Below, piece after piece: positions 9,924 to 19,550 of a stretch of 64,000 nucleotides of DNA. The stretch is from NCBI GenBank assembly GCA_965232515.1, contig CBDDPY010000002.1, forward strand, positions 6,560,001 through 6,624,000, given 5' to 3'. The stretch comes from Alphaproteobacteria bacterium (lineage in GTDB: Bacteria; Pseudomonadota; Alphaproteobacteria; GCA-2731375). The notes under the pieces were generated by a model. It was not told the origin of the DNA. It saw nothing but the letters and a program-made list of their open reading frames with translations, and made no database searches. The position numbers and the translations under genes were made by a program. How positions within the stretch are numbered: the stretch's first letter is position 1; each line of letters opens with the position of its first letter.

Positions 9924-10746
9924 CGTCGAGGACTATTTCCAGGTTCAGGCGTTTGCCGATCGCATCAGCCGCGACGATTGGGACAGCCTGGAGTGCCGGG
10001 TCGAGCGCAACACTGACAGGGTACTGCAGCTATTCGCGGATGCCGGCGCGCGGGGCACGTTCTTCACGCTGGGCTGGGTGGCCGAGCGCTATCCCGCGCT
10101 GATCGGGCGCATCGTCGCCGGCGGGCACGAGCTTGCCAGTCATGGGTATGCGCACATCCGGGCGGACTCGCAGACGCCCGATGAGTTCCGCGCCGATATC
10201 CGCCGCACCAAACAGCTGCTCGAGGATATCGGTGGCGTGCCGATCAAGGGCTATCGCGCCGCCACCTTCTCGATCGGCGGCGGCAATATGTGGGCCTACG
10301 ACGTGCTCGCCGACGAAGGCTACGTCTACAGTTCGAGCATTTATCCGGTCCGCCACGATTTCTACGGCATGCCGGACGCGCCCCGGTTCCCGTTCTATCC
10401 GTCCGGCCCGGGCGGCACTTACGAAATCCCGATGACGACCATCCGGATGTTCGGCCGCAACCTGCCCTGCAGCGGCGGCGGCTACTTTCGCCTGCTGCCC
10501 TACGGCGTATCGCGTTGGCAGATGCGGCGGGTTAACCGCGAAGACCGACAGCCCGGCATCTTCTATTTCCACCCCTGGGAGGTCGATCCCGAACAGCCGC
10601 GCCAGACCGGCATCTCGGCCAAGACCCGGGTGCGGCACTACACCGGCCTCGGGCGGATGCAGGGCCGGCTACGCCGCCTGCTGGCGGACTTCCCTTGGGG
10701 GCGCATGGACGAGGTGTACCGGATCGGCGCCGGCGAGACCGGGTGA
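9790..10746 (+). CDS. XrtA system polysaccharide deacetylase (CE4)
   Basis: NALTVDVEDYF, HELASHGYAH, GYRAATFS and YFHPWEVDP; GGAG RBS upstream of ATG 9790. Confidence 0.92.
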   Translation: MSQPQMKVKATPDPSVGTAASPRADAGAAVAAAGHSPITNALTVDVEDYFQVQAFADRISRDDWDSLECRVERNTDRVLQLFADAGARGTFFTLGWVAERYPALIGRIVAGGHELASHGYAHIRADSQTPDEFRADIRRTKQLLEDIGGVPIKGYRAATFSIGGGNMWAYDVLADEGYVYSSSIYPVRHDFYGMPDAPRFPFYPSGPGGTYEIPMTTIRMFGRNLPCSGGGYFRLLPYGVSRWQMRRVNREDRQPGIFYFHPWEVDPEQPRQTGISAKTRVRHYTGLGRMQGRLRRLLADFPWGRMDEVYRIGAGETG

Positions 10747-11795
10747 GTGCCGGCATGTCGGCCGTTACCGTACATGGGCTGAAGGATGCCGGCACATCGC
10801 GTTGGGACGCCTTCGTGGACGCCACGCCGTCCGCGACCTTTTTCCATCGCGCCGGTTGGCGGCGGGTGATCGAAGAGTCCTTCGGCCATCGCTGCTATTT
10901 CGCCTATGCGGAAAAGGACGGCGAGATTTGCGGCGTCCTGCCGCTGGTACACGTGAACAGCCGGATCTTCTCGAACGGCCTGATCTCGAACGCCTTCGGC
11001 GTCTATGGCGGACCGGCCGTCAGCGATCCTGCCGCGGCGGCCGCGCTCGACGCCTACGCCATCGATCTGATGGACAAAGTCGGCGCCGATTTCGTGGAGT
11101 ACCGCTGCCGCGAGCGCAGCCGTGCCGATTGGCAGTGTAAGGACGATCTCTACGTCACCTTCCGGCGGCCGATCGAACCGTCGTCGGAGGCCAACCTGAA
11201 GGCGATCCCGCGCAAACAGCGCGCCGTCGTGCGCAAGGCGCTGAAGGCGGGCCTGCTCAGCGACGCGCTCGACGACGATGTCGAGCGGCTCTACCGCGTC
11301 TACGCGACAAGCGTCCGCAATCTCGGCACGCCGGTTTTCTCGAAGCGCTATTTCCGCATTCTGAAAGAAGAGTTCGACCAGGACTGCGAAGTTCTGACCG
11401 TCACCGGACCGGACGGCCAACCCGTCGCGGCGGTCATGAGCTTTTTCTTCCGCGACGAGGTGCTGCCTTATTATGGCGGCGGCACGGCCGAGGCTCGCCG
11501 TTATGGCGCCAACGACTTCATGTATTGGCGGGTCATGGAACGATCGCTCGAGCGCGGCTGCCGCCTGTTCGACTTCGGCCGCAGCAAGGCCGGCACCGGG
11601 TCGTTTTCATTCAAGAAAAACTGGGGCTTTGTGCCCAAACCGCTTCACTACGAATTCAGCCTGCGGAATGGCGGCGAAGTTCCCGACGTGAACCCGCTGA
11701 ATCCCAAATACCAGCTTTTTATCGCCCTCTGGAAGCGCCTGCCGCTGCCGGTCGCGAACGCTTTCGGTCCTTTCATCGTTCGTAACTTGGGATGA
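10743..11795 (+). CDS. FemAB-related XrtA/PEP-CTERM system protein (start 10743 GTG or 10755 ATG)
   Basis: ATFFHRAGW, IPRKQRAVVRK, RNLGTPVF, FDFGRSK and FKKNWGF. Confidence 0.9.
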   Translation: MSAGMSAVTVHGLKDAGTSRWDAFVDATPSATFFHRAGWRRVIEESFGHRCYFAYAEKDGEICGVLPLVHVNSRIFSNGLISNAFGVYGGPAVSDPAAAAALDAYAIDLMDKVGADFVEYRCRERSRADWQCKDDLYVTFRRPIEPSSEANLKAIPRKQRAVVRKALKAGLLSDALDDDVERLYRVYATSVRNLGTPVFSKRYFRILKEEFDQDCEVLTVTGPDGQPVAAVMSFFFRDEVLPYYGGGTAEARRYGANDFMYWRVMERSLERGCRLFDFGRSKAGTGSFSFKKNWGFVPKPLHYEFSLRNGGEVPDVNPLNPKYQLFIALWKRLPLPVANAFGPFIVRNLG

Positions 11796-11799
11796 TGCG

Positions 11800-12996
11800 T
11801 TGCAGGACCTGGTTTTCGTCTCTCAGCGCATCCCCTATCCACCGAACAAGGGCGACAAGGTCCGCTCTTGGAACGTGTTGTCGCGTCTGGCCGAGGATTA
11901 TCGCGTGCATCTGGCGAGTTTTGTGGACGATCCCGCCGACTGGCAACACGAGCAGGTATTGCGTGACCTCTGCGCCTCCTGCCTGCTGCGGCCGCTGAGG
12001 CCGCTTCTTGCCAAGCTGCGCAGTCTTCCGGCCTTCATCGGCCGCGACCCGCTCACCCGCCGCTACTTTCACGATGGCCGTATCGCCGCATGGCTTGACG
12101 AGCTGGCCGCGCGGCAGAAGCCGGACAAAGTGTTTGTCTTTTCCTCCGGTGTCGCCGACTACGTGATGGGCCCGCGCTGGGCCGGCGCGCGGCGGGTCAT
12201 CGATATGGTCGATGTCGATTCCGACAAATGGCGCCAATATGCGGCCGCGAAGTCAGGCGTCAGCCGTTGGGTCTATGGCCGCGAAGCCCGGACATTGGCT
12301 GATTTCGAGCGGCAGGCGTCGGCGGCGTTCGATGCCACGCTGTTCGTCTCGGAGGCCGAGGCGGATCTCTTCCGCACGCTGTCGCCGGCGACGGCCGCCA
12401 AGGTGCATGCCGTGGGCAATGGCGTCGATTGCGCGTTCTTCGATCCGGCAATCGGATTTGCCGATCCGTATCCGGCTGGCGTCACGCCGCTGGTCTTCAC
12501 CGGCGCCATGGACTACTGGCCAAATGCCGATGCGGTGATCTGGTTCGCCGAGCAGGTCCTGCCCAGGGTGACGGCCAGTCTGCCGAATGCGGCGTTGTTT
12601 ATCGTCGGGGCCAATCCCGACCGGCGGGTCCAGGCCCTCGGTGCAAGGCCGGTGATCACGGTCACAGGCAGGGTCGACGACATTAGGCCATACATTGCCC
12701 ATGCCCGGGTCGTGGTCGCCCCTTTGCAAGTGGCCCGTGGCGTGCAGAATAAGGTTCTGGAAGGCATGGCGATGGCGAAGCCCGTCGTCGCCAGTCCGAT
12801 GGCGTTGGAAGGCCTGGATGCGGCCCCCGGTCGGGAGGTGTTGGTTGCAGAAAGCCCCGATGAATACGCTCAAATCGTGCTCGATGCGGTTTCCGGCGGG
12901 TACCCGGATATCGGCGGCCTGGCCCGAGACCGCGTACGCCGGTCGTACAGCTGGCAGGCGAGCTACGAAAAAGTGTTGTCTATCCTTGAGCGTTAA
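11800..12996 (+). CDS. PEP-CTERM/XrtA system GT4 sugar transferase
   Basis: RIPYPPNKGDKVRS, DMVDVDSDKW, FTGAMDYWPN and ARGVQNKVLEGMAM. Confidence 0.92.
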   Translation: MQDLVFVSQRIPYPPNKGDKVRSWNVLSRLAEDYRVHLASFVDDPADWQHEQVLRDLCASCLLRPLRPLLAKLRSLPAFIGRDPLTRRYFHDGRIAAWLDELAARQKPDKVFVFSSGVADYVMGPRWAGARRVIDMVDVDSDKWRQYAAAKSGVSRWVYGREARTLADFERQASAAFDATLFVSEAEADLFRTLSPATAAKVHAVGNGVDCAFFDPAIGFADPYPAGVTPLVFTGAMDYWPNADAVIWFAEQVLPRVTASLPNAALFIVGANPDRRVQALGARPVITVTGRVDDIRPYIAHARVVVAPLQVARGVQNKVLEGMAMAKPVVASPMALEGLDAAPGREVLVAESPDEYAQIVLDAVSGGYPDIGGLARDRVRRSYSWQASYEKVLSILER

Positions 12997-13052
12997 AGTC
13001 GCGGAAAACGTGTTTTGTTAGTGTTGCGTTCCTGTCGGGCAGGAGAACTGGT

Positions 13053-14624
13053 TTGAGTATCAAGACGGCAAACGATCCCGTGACGTCGCCGGCTTTTGGC
13101 GTTGATCCGGCGCTCCGGGCGGCCTGGTGGAAGGCCGGGGCGGCAACCGTCGTCGTGCTGATGTTTCTGCTCGGCCTCTACGCGGACGAAGTCGTCAGCG
13201 CAGTGCGGGTGTGGAATTCCTCGCCGACCTATACCCACTGCTATCTGATCCTGCCGATCACGCTCTACCTGATCTGGGAACGGCGGTCGCTGTTTTCGCG
13301 CATGTGGCCCCGGCCGACGCTGTGGCCGCTGCTCTTCCTGCCGCCGGCCGGGATGGTCGGCATGATCGCCGAGGTCGCCAGCATTCAGGAAGCGCAGCAT
13401 TTCGTGCTGCTCGGCATGATCCAGATCGTGCTTTTCAGCATGCTTGGCTGGCGCGTCTATAAGGCGCTGCTGTTCCCCTTCCTTTATCTGTTTTTCCTGG
13501 TGCCGAGCGGTGAGTTCATGGTGCCGGCGCTGCAGGACTTCACCGCCGAGTTCGCGGTGCTGGCGCTGCAGATGATCGGGATTCCGGTCTACAAGGACGG
13601 CATCTTCATTTCGATCCCGAACGGCAACTTCGTGGTTGCCGAAGCCTGCGCCGGCCTGCGCTTCCTGGTGGCCGCGCTCGCCTTCGGCTTCCTGTTCGCC
13701 AACATGACCTATCGCAGCTACGGCCGACGGGTGACGTTCGTGGCCCTGTCGATCGTCGTGCCGATCATCGCCAACGGCTTCCGGGCCTTCGGTCTGATCA
13801 TGATCGCCCATCTCAGCGACCACCAGCTCGCAGTCGGCGTCGATCATCTGGTCTATGGCTGGCTGTTCTTTTCGCTTGTGATCGTGCTGCTGATCGTCAT
13901 CGGCATGCAGTTCCGCGAGGACAAGGCCGACGACGACGATGTCGACACGCCGCCGCCGCCGGTGGCCGGGGGCCGCATCGGACGTTTCGGCGCGGTCACG
14001 ACCGCCGTGCTGATTGCCGCCGCCATCTCCATCGCGCCGGCCTATGCCGGCTATGTCCGTTCGCTGGAACCGGCCGTCGATCTCACGGCGCTGACGCCGC
14101 CGACGGCGGGCGGCGATTGGCGGATGGTCGAGACGACCGGCGACTGGCAGCCCCGGTTCCCCGGCGCCGACGCCATCATGCATCAGGTCTATCGCGGCGC
14201 CGGCGGCGAGGTCGATCTGTTCGTGGCGTTCTATGGGCGACAGCGCACCGATGCCGAGGTCGTGTCGCACGACAACCGCTTCTATGACGACGAATTCTGG
14301 AAGCGCGCGGGCCATCGGCGTGCAACCGTCGAGCTGGCAGGCGAACGGCAACGGGTGATCCTGACGCAGGTCCTGTCGCACAACCGCAAGCGCCTTGTCG
14401 TATCGCGGTACTGGATCGATGATACGTTCACCGCGAGTGGACTGGAGGCGAAGCTGCTGCAGGCGAGAGCGGAATTGCTGTCGGGTCAACGGCCGGCGGC
14501 CGTTGTCGCCGTCTCGGCCGAATACGATCTGGATGAGGCCGACGCGCTGGCCGCCATAGATTCCCTGCTGCGCGGCGTGGGCCCGTTGACGCCGATCCTG
14601 CGCGCCGCGGCGCGTTTCGACTGA
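13053..14624 (+). CDS. xrtA: Exosortase A with C-terminal EpsI domain
   Basis: Multi-TM protein with catalytic Cys (VAEACAGLR), Arg (IIANGFR) and His (DHLVYGW); EpsI-like C-terminal region (EAKLLQ). Confidence 0.93.
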   Translation: MSIKTANDPVTSPAFGVDPALRAAWWKAGAATVVVLMFLLGLYADEVVSAVRVWNSSPTYTHCYLILPITLYLIWERRSLFSRMWPRPTLWPLLFLPPAGMVGMIAEVASIQEAQHFVLLGMIQIVLFSMLGWRVYKALLFPFLYLFFLVPSGEFMVPALQDFTAEFAVLALQMIGIPVYKDGIFISIPNGNFVVAEACAGLRFLVAALAFGFLFANMTYRSYGRRVTFVALSIVVPIIANGFRAFGLIMIAHLSDHQLAVGVDHLVYGWLFFSLVIVLLIVIGMQFREDKADDDDVDTPPPPVAGGRIGRFGAVTTAVLIAAAISIAPAYAGYVRSLEPAVDLTALTPPTAGGDWRMVETTGDWQPRFPGADAIMHQVYRGAGGEVDLFVAFYGRQRTDAEVVSHDNRFYDDEFWKRAGHRRATVELAGERQRVILTQVLSHNRKRLVVSRYWIDDTFTASGLEAKLLQARAELLSGQRPAAVVAVSAEYDLDEADALAAIDSLLRGVGPLTPILRAAARFD

Positions 14625-14670
14625 CGGTCGTCGAGCCCACTGGTCCGGTCGCCTCGGGGATGATGAGCGC

Positions 14671-16617
14671 ATGTGCGGCATAAGCGGAATATTCGATACC
14701 CGCGACCGGTCCGAGATCAATCAGGCGCTGCTCCGGCGGATGACCGACAGCATTGCGCACCGGGGGCCGGACGGCGATGGGTATCATATCGGACCGGGCA
14801 TTGGCCTCGGCCACCGGCGCCTGGCGATCATCGACCTGGTTAGCGGCGATCAGCCGATCTACAACGAAGATGGCAGCGTCGCCATCGTCTACAACGGCGA
14901 AATCTACAATTTCCAGGCCTTGATGGCCGAGCTCGAGGCCTTGGGGCATAAGTTCAGCACGCGCTCCGACACTGAAACCATCGTGCATGCCTGGGAGGAG
15001 TGGGGCGAGGCCTGCGTCGAGCGCCTGCGCGGCATGTTCGCCTTCGCGCTTTGGGACGAGAAGGCGCAGACCCTGTTCCTGGCCCGCGACAGGCTGGGCA
15101 AGAAGCCGCTCTACTACGCCTTGCTGTCGAACGGCTTTCTGGTCTTTGGCTCCGAACTGAAGTCGCTGCTCGTACACGAGAACCTGCCGCGCGAACTCGA
15201 CGCGAGCGCGGTCGAGGACTACTTCGCCTACGGCTACGTTCCCGACCCCAAGGTGATCTATCGCGGGGTCCGCAAGCTGCCGCCCGCGAGCACGCTTTGC
15301 CTGCGGCGTGGCGTCGGCGCCGCGCTGCCGGCGCCGAAGTCTTACTGGCGGGTGCGCTTCGACGCATCGGCGCTGGGCGATGAAGCGGCGCTGGGCGGCG
15401 AATTGATCGACCGCCTGCGCGAAGCCGTCGATATCCGCCGGATCTCGGACGTGCCGATCGGCGCCTTTCTGTCGGGCGGCGTTGATTCCAGCGCCGTTGT
15501 GGCGCTGATGTCGGAGCTGTCGCCGGAAGCGGTCAACACGTTTTCGATTTCTTTCAAGCAGCGTGAGTTCGACGAGTCGGCCTATGCGGCCGAGCACGCC
15601 GAACGCTACGGCACACGTCATTTCGTGCGACAGGTCGACGCCGACGAGTTCGACCTGGTGGATCAACTCGCGACGATCTACGACGAACCGTTTGGCGACA
15701 GTTCGGCGATTCCGACCTATCGCGTCAGCGCTATCGCCCGCGAGGAAGTGACGGTGGCGCTGTCAGGCGACGGTGGCGACGAATTTCTTGCGGGCTATCG
15801 ACGCTATCCCTGGCATTTGGCGGAAGAACGGGTCCGCCGTGCCATGCCGGCCGGGATGCGGCGATCCCTCTTCGGCCTGCTCGGCCGGGCCTATCCCAAG
15901 CTCGACTGGGCGCCGCGGCGGCTGCGTGCGAAGTCGACGTTCCAGGAACTCGCCCTCGATACGGTCCCGGGCTACTTCGCCAGCGTCTCGAAGCTGAACG
16001 ATCAAATGCGCGAGCGGCTCTATAGCGATCGCTTCAAACGCGCGCTTGGCGGCTATCATGCCGTCGAGGTGTTGCAGGCGGAGTTCCGATCGGCCGATTC
16101 CGACGACCCGCTGCTGCAGGCGCAGCATGCCGATATCAGAACCTGGCTCGCCGGCGGGATCCTGGTCAAGGTCGACCGCGCCAGCATGGCCAATTCGTTG
16201 GAGACACGCGCGCCGATCCTCGACCATCAGTTCGTCGAATGGACGGCCACGTTGCCGCCGGCGTTGAAGTTGAACCGGCACGGTGGGAAATACCTGTTCA
16301 AGCGGGCGTTGGAACCGCATGTCAGCGCCGATATTCTCTACCGGCCGAAGATGGGTTTCTCCGTGCCGCTGGCTAAATGGTTCCGCGGCCCGTTGCGCCA
16401 GCGTCTGCGCAACGCGATATCGAGCCAGGCGCTACGCGAAACCGAGATTTTCGACATGCCGTATTTGTCGTCGCTGGCGGAGCAGCACATCGCCGGCCGC
16501 CGCGATCACAGCGCGGCATTGTGGAGCGTGCTGATGTTCGAGTCGTTTCTGCGCCAGGTGCACGGTGTTGGCGTGTCGACCCCGGACAATACGGTCAGGG
16601 CGGTGTCGGTCGGGTGA
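14671..16617 (+). CDS. asnB: XrtA/PEP-CTERM system amidotransferase (asparagine synthase family)
   Basis: MCGI N-terminus, HRGPD, NGEIYN, FLSGGVDSS, SGDGGDE and KVDRASMANSLE. Confidence 0.93.
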   Translation: MCGISGIFDTRDRSEINQALLRRMTDSIAHRGPDGDGYHIGPGIGLGHRRLAIIDLVSGDQPIYNEDGSVAIVYNGEIYNFQALMAELEALGHKFSTRSDTETIVHAWEEWGEACVERLRGMFAFALWDEKAQTLFLARDRLGKKPLYYALLSNGFLVFGSELKSLLVHENLPRELDASAVEDYFAYGYVPDPKVIYRGVRKLPPASTLCLRRGVGAALPAPKSYWRVRFDASALGDEAALGGELIDRLREAVDIRRISDVPIGAFLSGGVDSSAVVALMSELSPEAVNTFSISFKQREFDESAYAAEHAERYGTRHFVRQVDADEFDLVDQLATIYDEPFGDSSAIPTYRVSAIAREEVTVALSGDGGDEFLAGYRRYPWHLAEERVRRAMPAGMRRSLFGLLGRAYPKLDWAPRRLRAKSTFQELALDTVPGYFASVSKLNDQMRERLYSDRFKRALGGYHAVEVLQAEFRSADSDDPLLQAQHADIRTWLAGGILVKVDRASMANSLETRAPILDHQFVEWTATLPPALKLNRHGGKYLFKRALEPHVSADILYRPKMGFSVPLAKWFRGPLRQRLRNAISSQALRETEIFDMPYLSSLAEQHIAGRRDHSAALWSVLMFESFLRQVHGVGVSTPDNTVRAVSVG

Positions 16618-16925
16618 CCGGCCCCGATGCGCCGACATTGTCGCATTTACCATAAGTTGAAACTTTGGCTTGTCCGCGCCGCCGCCAACGGTCGAATCCG
16701 TCCCGACATCGTCGGGCGCGCAAAATCAAGCAAAGCTGATTCGATTGGGCTATAATCGGTCGGTCGCAGAAGCGCCAACAAACAGTCATATTGAGAACAA
16801 GCTAGCGGTTTTCTGCTACCAGTTAACGCCCCCGGACACCGTCTTACTATTTAAGGTTAACGCCATTCGCGGGCGTCGATGTCGGAGATGTCTTTGCCAG
16901 CAATAGGTAACAACAGAGACATTTG

Positions 16926-17963
16926 ATGCCAAGCGGCATTGCTTTATTCGCTCTTGTCATGGTCATCCTGCAGTTGGGTGATCTTGGCGCACGGTCGGCA
17001 CAGGCCATGCCGGTGAAGCCGCGCGCCGAGGCGGCGGCCGACATACCGGCGATGACCGACGCCGCGCCGCCGGAGGCTGAAAGCCACGAATGGCCGGCCG
17101 GCGAGCGCGCCGGACCGCTCTACCCATTTCTGCCCGAACTGGACGATCAGGCATTTCGAACGAACGGCGATCAGGCCTCATCGATGGCCTATCGGCGCTG
17201 GCTGGTGCGCCATCGTCAATGGCTACAGTCGTTTCGCGCCGGTCTGGTGCCTGTGCGGCGTTTTGGGCCGGGCCCGACAGGAGCGACCGGCGGCGATCGG
17301 GCCGACGCGAACGAGCTGGCCGCCGGCGGCATGCCCTACGCGGCCGAATTGGAGTTCGTTTTCGTCCCACTCGGCCCGGCTGCCACCAAAAGGTCATCGG
17401 ATGACGCGGGTAGCCCAGTCTATGAAACAGCATTTGTTGGCTGGCTGGCGGCGCATTTCACGGATGCCGGCGGCGTTGGCGAAGAGCCTGAGTTCATGGG
17501 TAAAGTCGGCCTGAATCTGGTCGGATCCTTCTTCGATTTATTTGCCGAGGACGATGAGCTGGCGCTGATCGAAGATCGCATCGTTAAGGTCGTTAAGGTC
17601 AGAATTCCGGTTGAGCAAAAACACTTGATTGTTGACATCGGTCACTTTCCCGACGCTCTGAATGGGCCATTCTTGCTGCCGGGAATGGACTTCGGGAAGA
17701 TTGGCTCGAATGTCCTGCACGGGCAGATTGGCAATGCGTCATCGCCGGGTCAGGCGCTTGCGGGTGCGGGCGCCGAACGGCCTCAGAAAACGAGTCCGCA
17801 GGAGGAGGAACTTGAGGAGGAACCGCGGCAGCAACGCACCCTGATCGGCTTTTTTCTCTCGATTGTTACCGATATTGCGACGGCACCGATGACCTACCTT
17901 GTGCTTGTTGTACTGCTGTGCCTGTGGCTCGTGTCGCGGCAGAGAACGGCGTCCGGACACTAG
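16926..17963 (+). CDS. Hypothetical exported protein with C-terminal TM and basic tail
   Basis: N-terminal hydrophobic signal ending near AQA; acidic linker; C-terminus APMTYLVLVVLLCLWLVSRQR. No family recognised. Confidence 0.6.
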   Translation: MPSGIALFALVMVILQLGDLGARSAQAMPVKPRAEAAADIPAMTDAAPPEAESHEWPAGERAGPLYPFLPELDDQAFRTNGDQASSMAYRRWLVRHRQWLQSFRAGLVPVRRFGPGPTGATGGDRADANELAAGGMPYAAELEFVFVPLGPAATKRSSDDAGSPVYETAFVGWLAAHFTDAGGVGEEPEFMGKVGLNLVGSFFDLFAEDDELALIEDRIVKVVKVRIPVEQKHLIVDIGHFPDALNGPFLLPGMDFGKIGSNVLHGQIGNASSPGQALAGAGAERPQKTSPQEEELEEEPRQQRTLIGFFLSIVTDIATAPMTYLVLVVLLCLWLVSRQRTASGH

Positions 17964-18107
17964 CTGCATGTGTTTGTCGAAGATCCTGAGCGGCTTTGTG
18001 TGGCCTGCCGGGGTGGCCGGTCAGCCGTTGGAGGTATTGAAACTGCGCCGCCGCATGTCCGGGACGCGTGTTTGTCGGGCCGGTCTGCCTGAGGGGGGCG
18101 GGCTCGC

Positions 18108-19529
18108 ATGATTTATCCCCGCGTCAGGATCTTTGGTCACTACATCTCGCGGGCTTCCCTGCTGCTTGGCCTGATCGAAGGCCTGATGCTGTTCGCCGTC
18201 GCGCACATCCTGTTGTCGACGCAGACCAGCGCTCAGGAAGCCGGACGCTTCAGCTTTTCCTATTTCTCGACGTTCGTTGCACTTTTTTGTGCAACGGTCT
18301 TTTTCTCGCTCGGATTATACAATCGAAACATCATCTCCAATGTACAGATAATGATCATCAGGATGTTTATTGGCCTGGTGATGGTATCGATAGCCAGCTA
18401 TCTTTTGATAAAATTCTATTTTTACGTATATCCTGTCGAGAAATACCCGCCGAGACACTATTTTTACCTGCCTGCTGGGATCGCTTTGGCGATCGTCGCA
18501 ATCCTATGCACACGAATTTTATTTATCATGATCGCCGATCTCGGCATGTTCCATCAGCGGATCATCGTGATCGGCAGTTTCGACCGCGCGTCCCAACTCA
18601 GGCAGAGCATTCTCGGTGACCAGGCCGAGGGCTTCGAGGTCGTCGGTCTGGTCGATCTGACCGGCAGGGCGGCGCATGCCATCCCCGACGTGCCCGTGCC
18701 GGTCCTGAATGCGGACCTCAACGATCTCTGGCCACTGGTCGAAGCCTACGACATTGACGAAATCGTCGTCGCGGAAGACGACCCCCAGACGCTGCCGGTG
18801 CATGCGTTGTTGAATTGCAAATTGCAGGGCGTTCGCGTGACCGGCTACCTCAGCTTTGTCGAGCGCGAGCTGGGCCGGATCGTGCTCGACGATCTCGATC
18901 CCAACTGGCTGATTTTCTCCGAAGGCTTCGACAAGAGCCTGTTCCGCGACGCCGCCAAGCGCACCTTCGACCTGATTGTCAGTCTGCTGTTGTTGATCTT
19001 CACCCTGCCGATCACGGCGGTCGCGGCGCTGCTGATCAAGCTCGACAGCCCCGGGCCGGTGTTCTACCGGCAGGAGCGGGTGGGCCGCGACGGCCGCACC
19101 TTTACGCTGACCAAGTTTCGCAGCATGCGGGTCGATGCGGAGCAGCAGGGCGGCCCGCGCTGGGCTGCCGAGAAAGACGATCGGATCACCGAGGTCGGCG
19201 CCTTTATCCGGCAGACCCGGATCGACGAGCTGCCGCAGATCATCAACGTGCTCCGCGGAGAGATGAGCATCATCGGTCCGCGGCCCGAGCGGCCGTTTTT
19301 CGTCGATACGCTCAGCGACGCGATTCCCTATTACGGCGAGCGTCATCGGGTGAAGCCGGGGATCACCGGCTGGGCGCAAATCAATTATCCCTATGGCGCC
19401 TCGATCGAAGACGCCAAGGAAAAGCTCTCCTACGACCTGTATTATGTGAAGAACACCAGCCTGTTCCTGGATGTTATTATTCTGCTGCAGACGGTTCGGG
19501 TCATCCTGTGGCCCTCCGGTGTGCGCTAA
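18108..19529 (+). CDS. XrtA/PEP-CTERM system priming sugar transferase (WcaJ/WbaP-like)
   Basis: N-terminal TMs, KRTFDL, GPVFYRQERVG, KFRSM, DELPQ, GPRPERP and KPGITGWAQ. Confidence 0.93.
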   Translation: MIYPRVRIFGHYISRASLLLGLIEGLMLFAVAHILLSTQTSAQEAGRFSFSYFSTFVALFCATVFFSLGLYNRNIISNVQIMIIRMFIGLVMVSIASYLLIKFYFYVYPVEKYPPRHYFYLPAGIALAIVAILCTRILFIMIADLGMFHQRIIVIGSFDRASQLRQSILGDQAEGFEVVGLVDLTGRAAHAIPDVPVPVLNADLNDLWPLVEAYDIDEIVVAEDDPQTLPVHALLNCKLQGVRVTGYLSFVERELGRIVLDDLDPNWLIFSEGFDKSLFRDAAKRTFDLIVSLLLLIFTLPITAVAALLIKLDSPGPVFYRQERVGRDGRTFTLTKFRSMRVDAEQQGGPRWAAEKDDRITEVGAFIRQTRIDELPQIINVLRGEMSIIGPRPERPFFVDTLSDAIPYYGERHRVKPGITGWAQINYPYGASIEDAKEKLSYDLYYVKNTSLFLDVIILLQTVRVILWPSGVR

Positions 19530-19550
19530 GATGAGCCCAGAGGCACGGCC

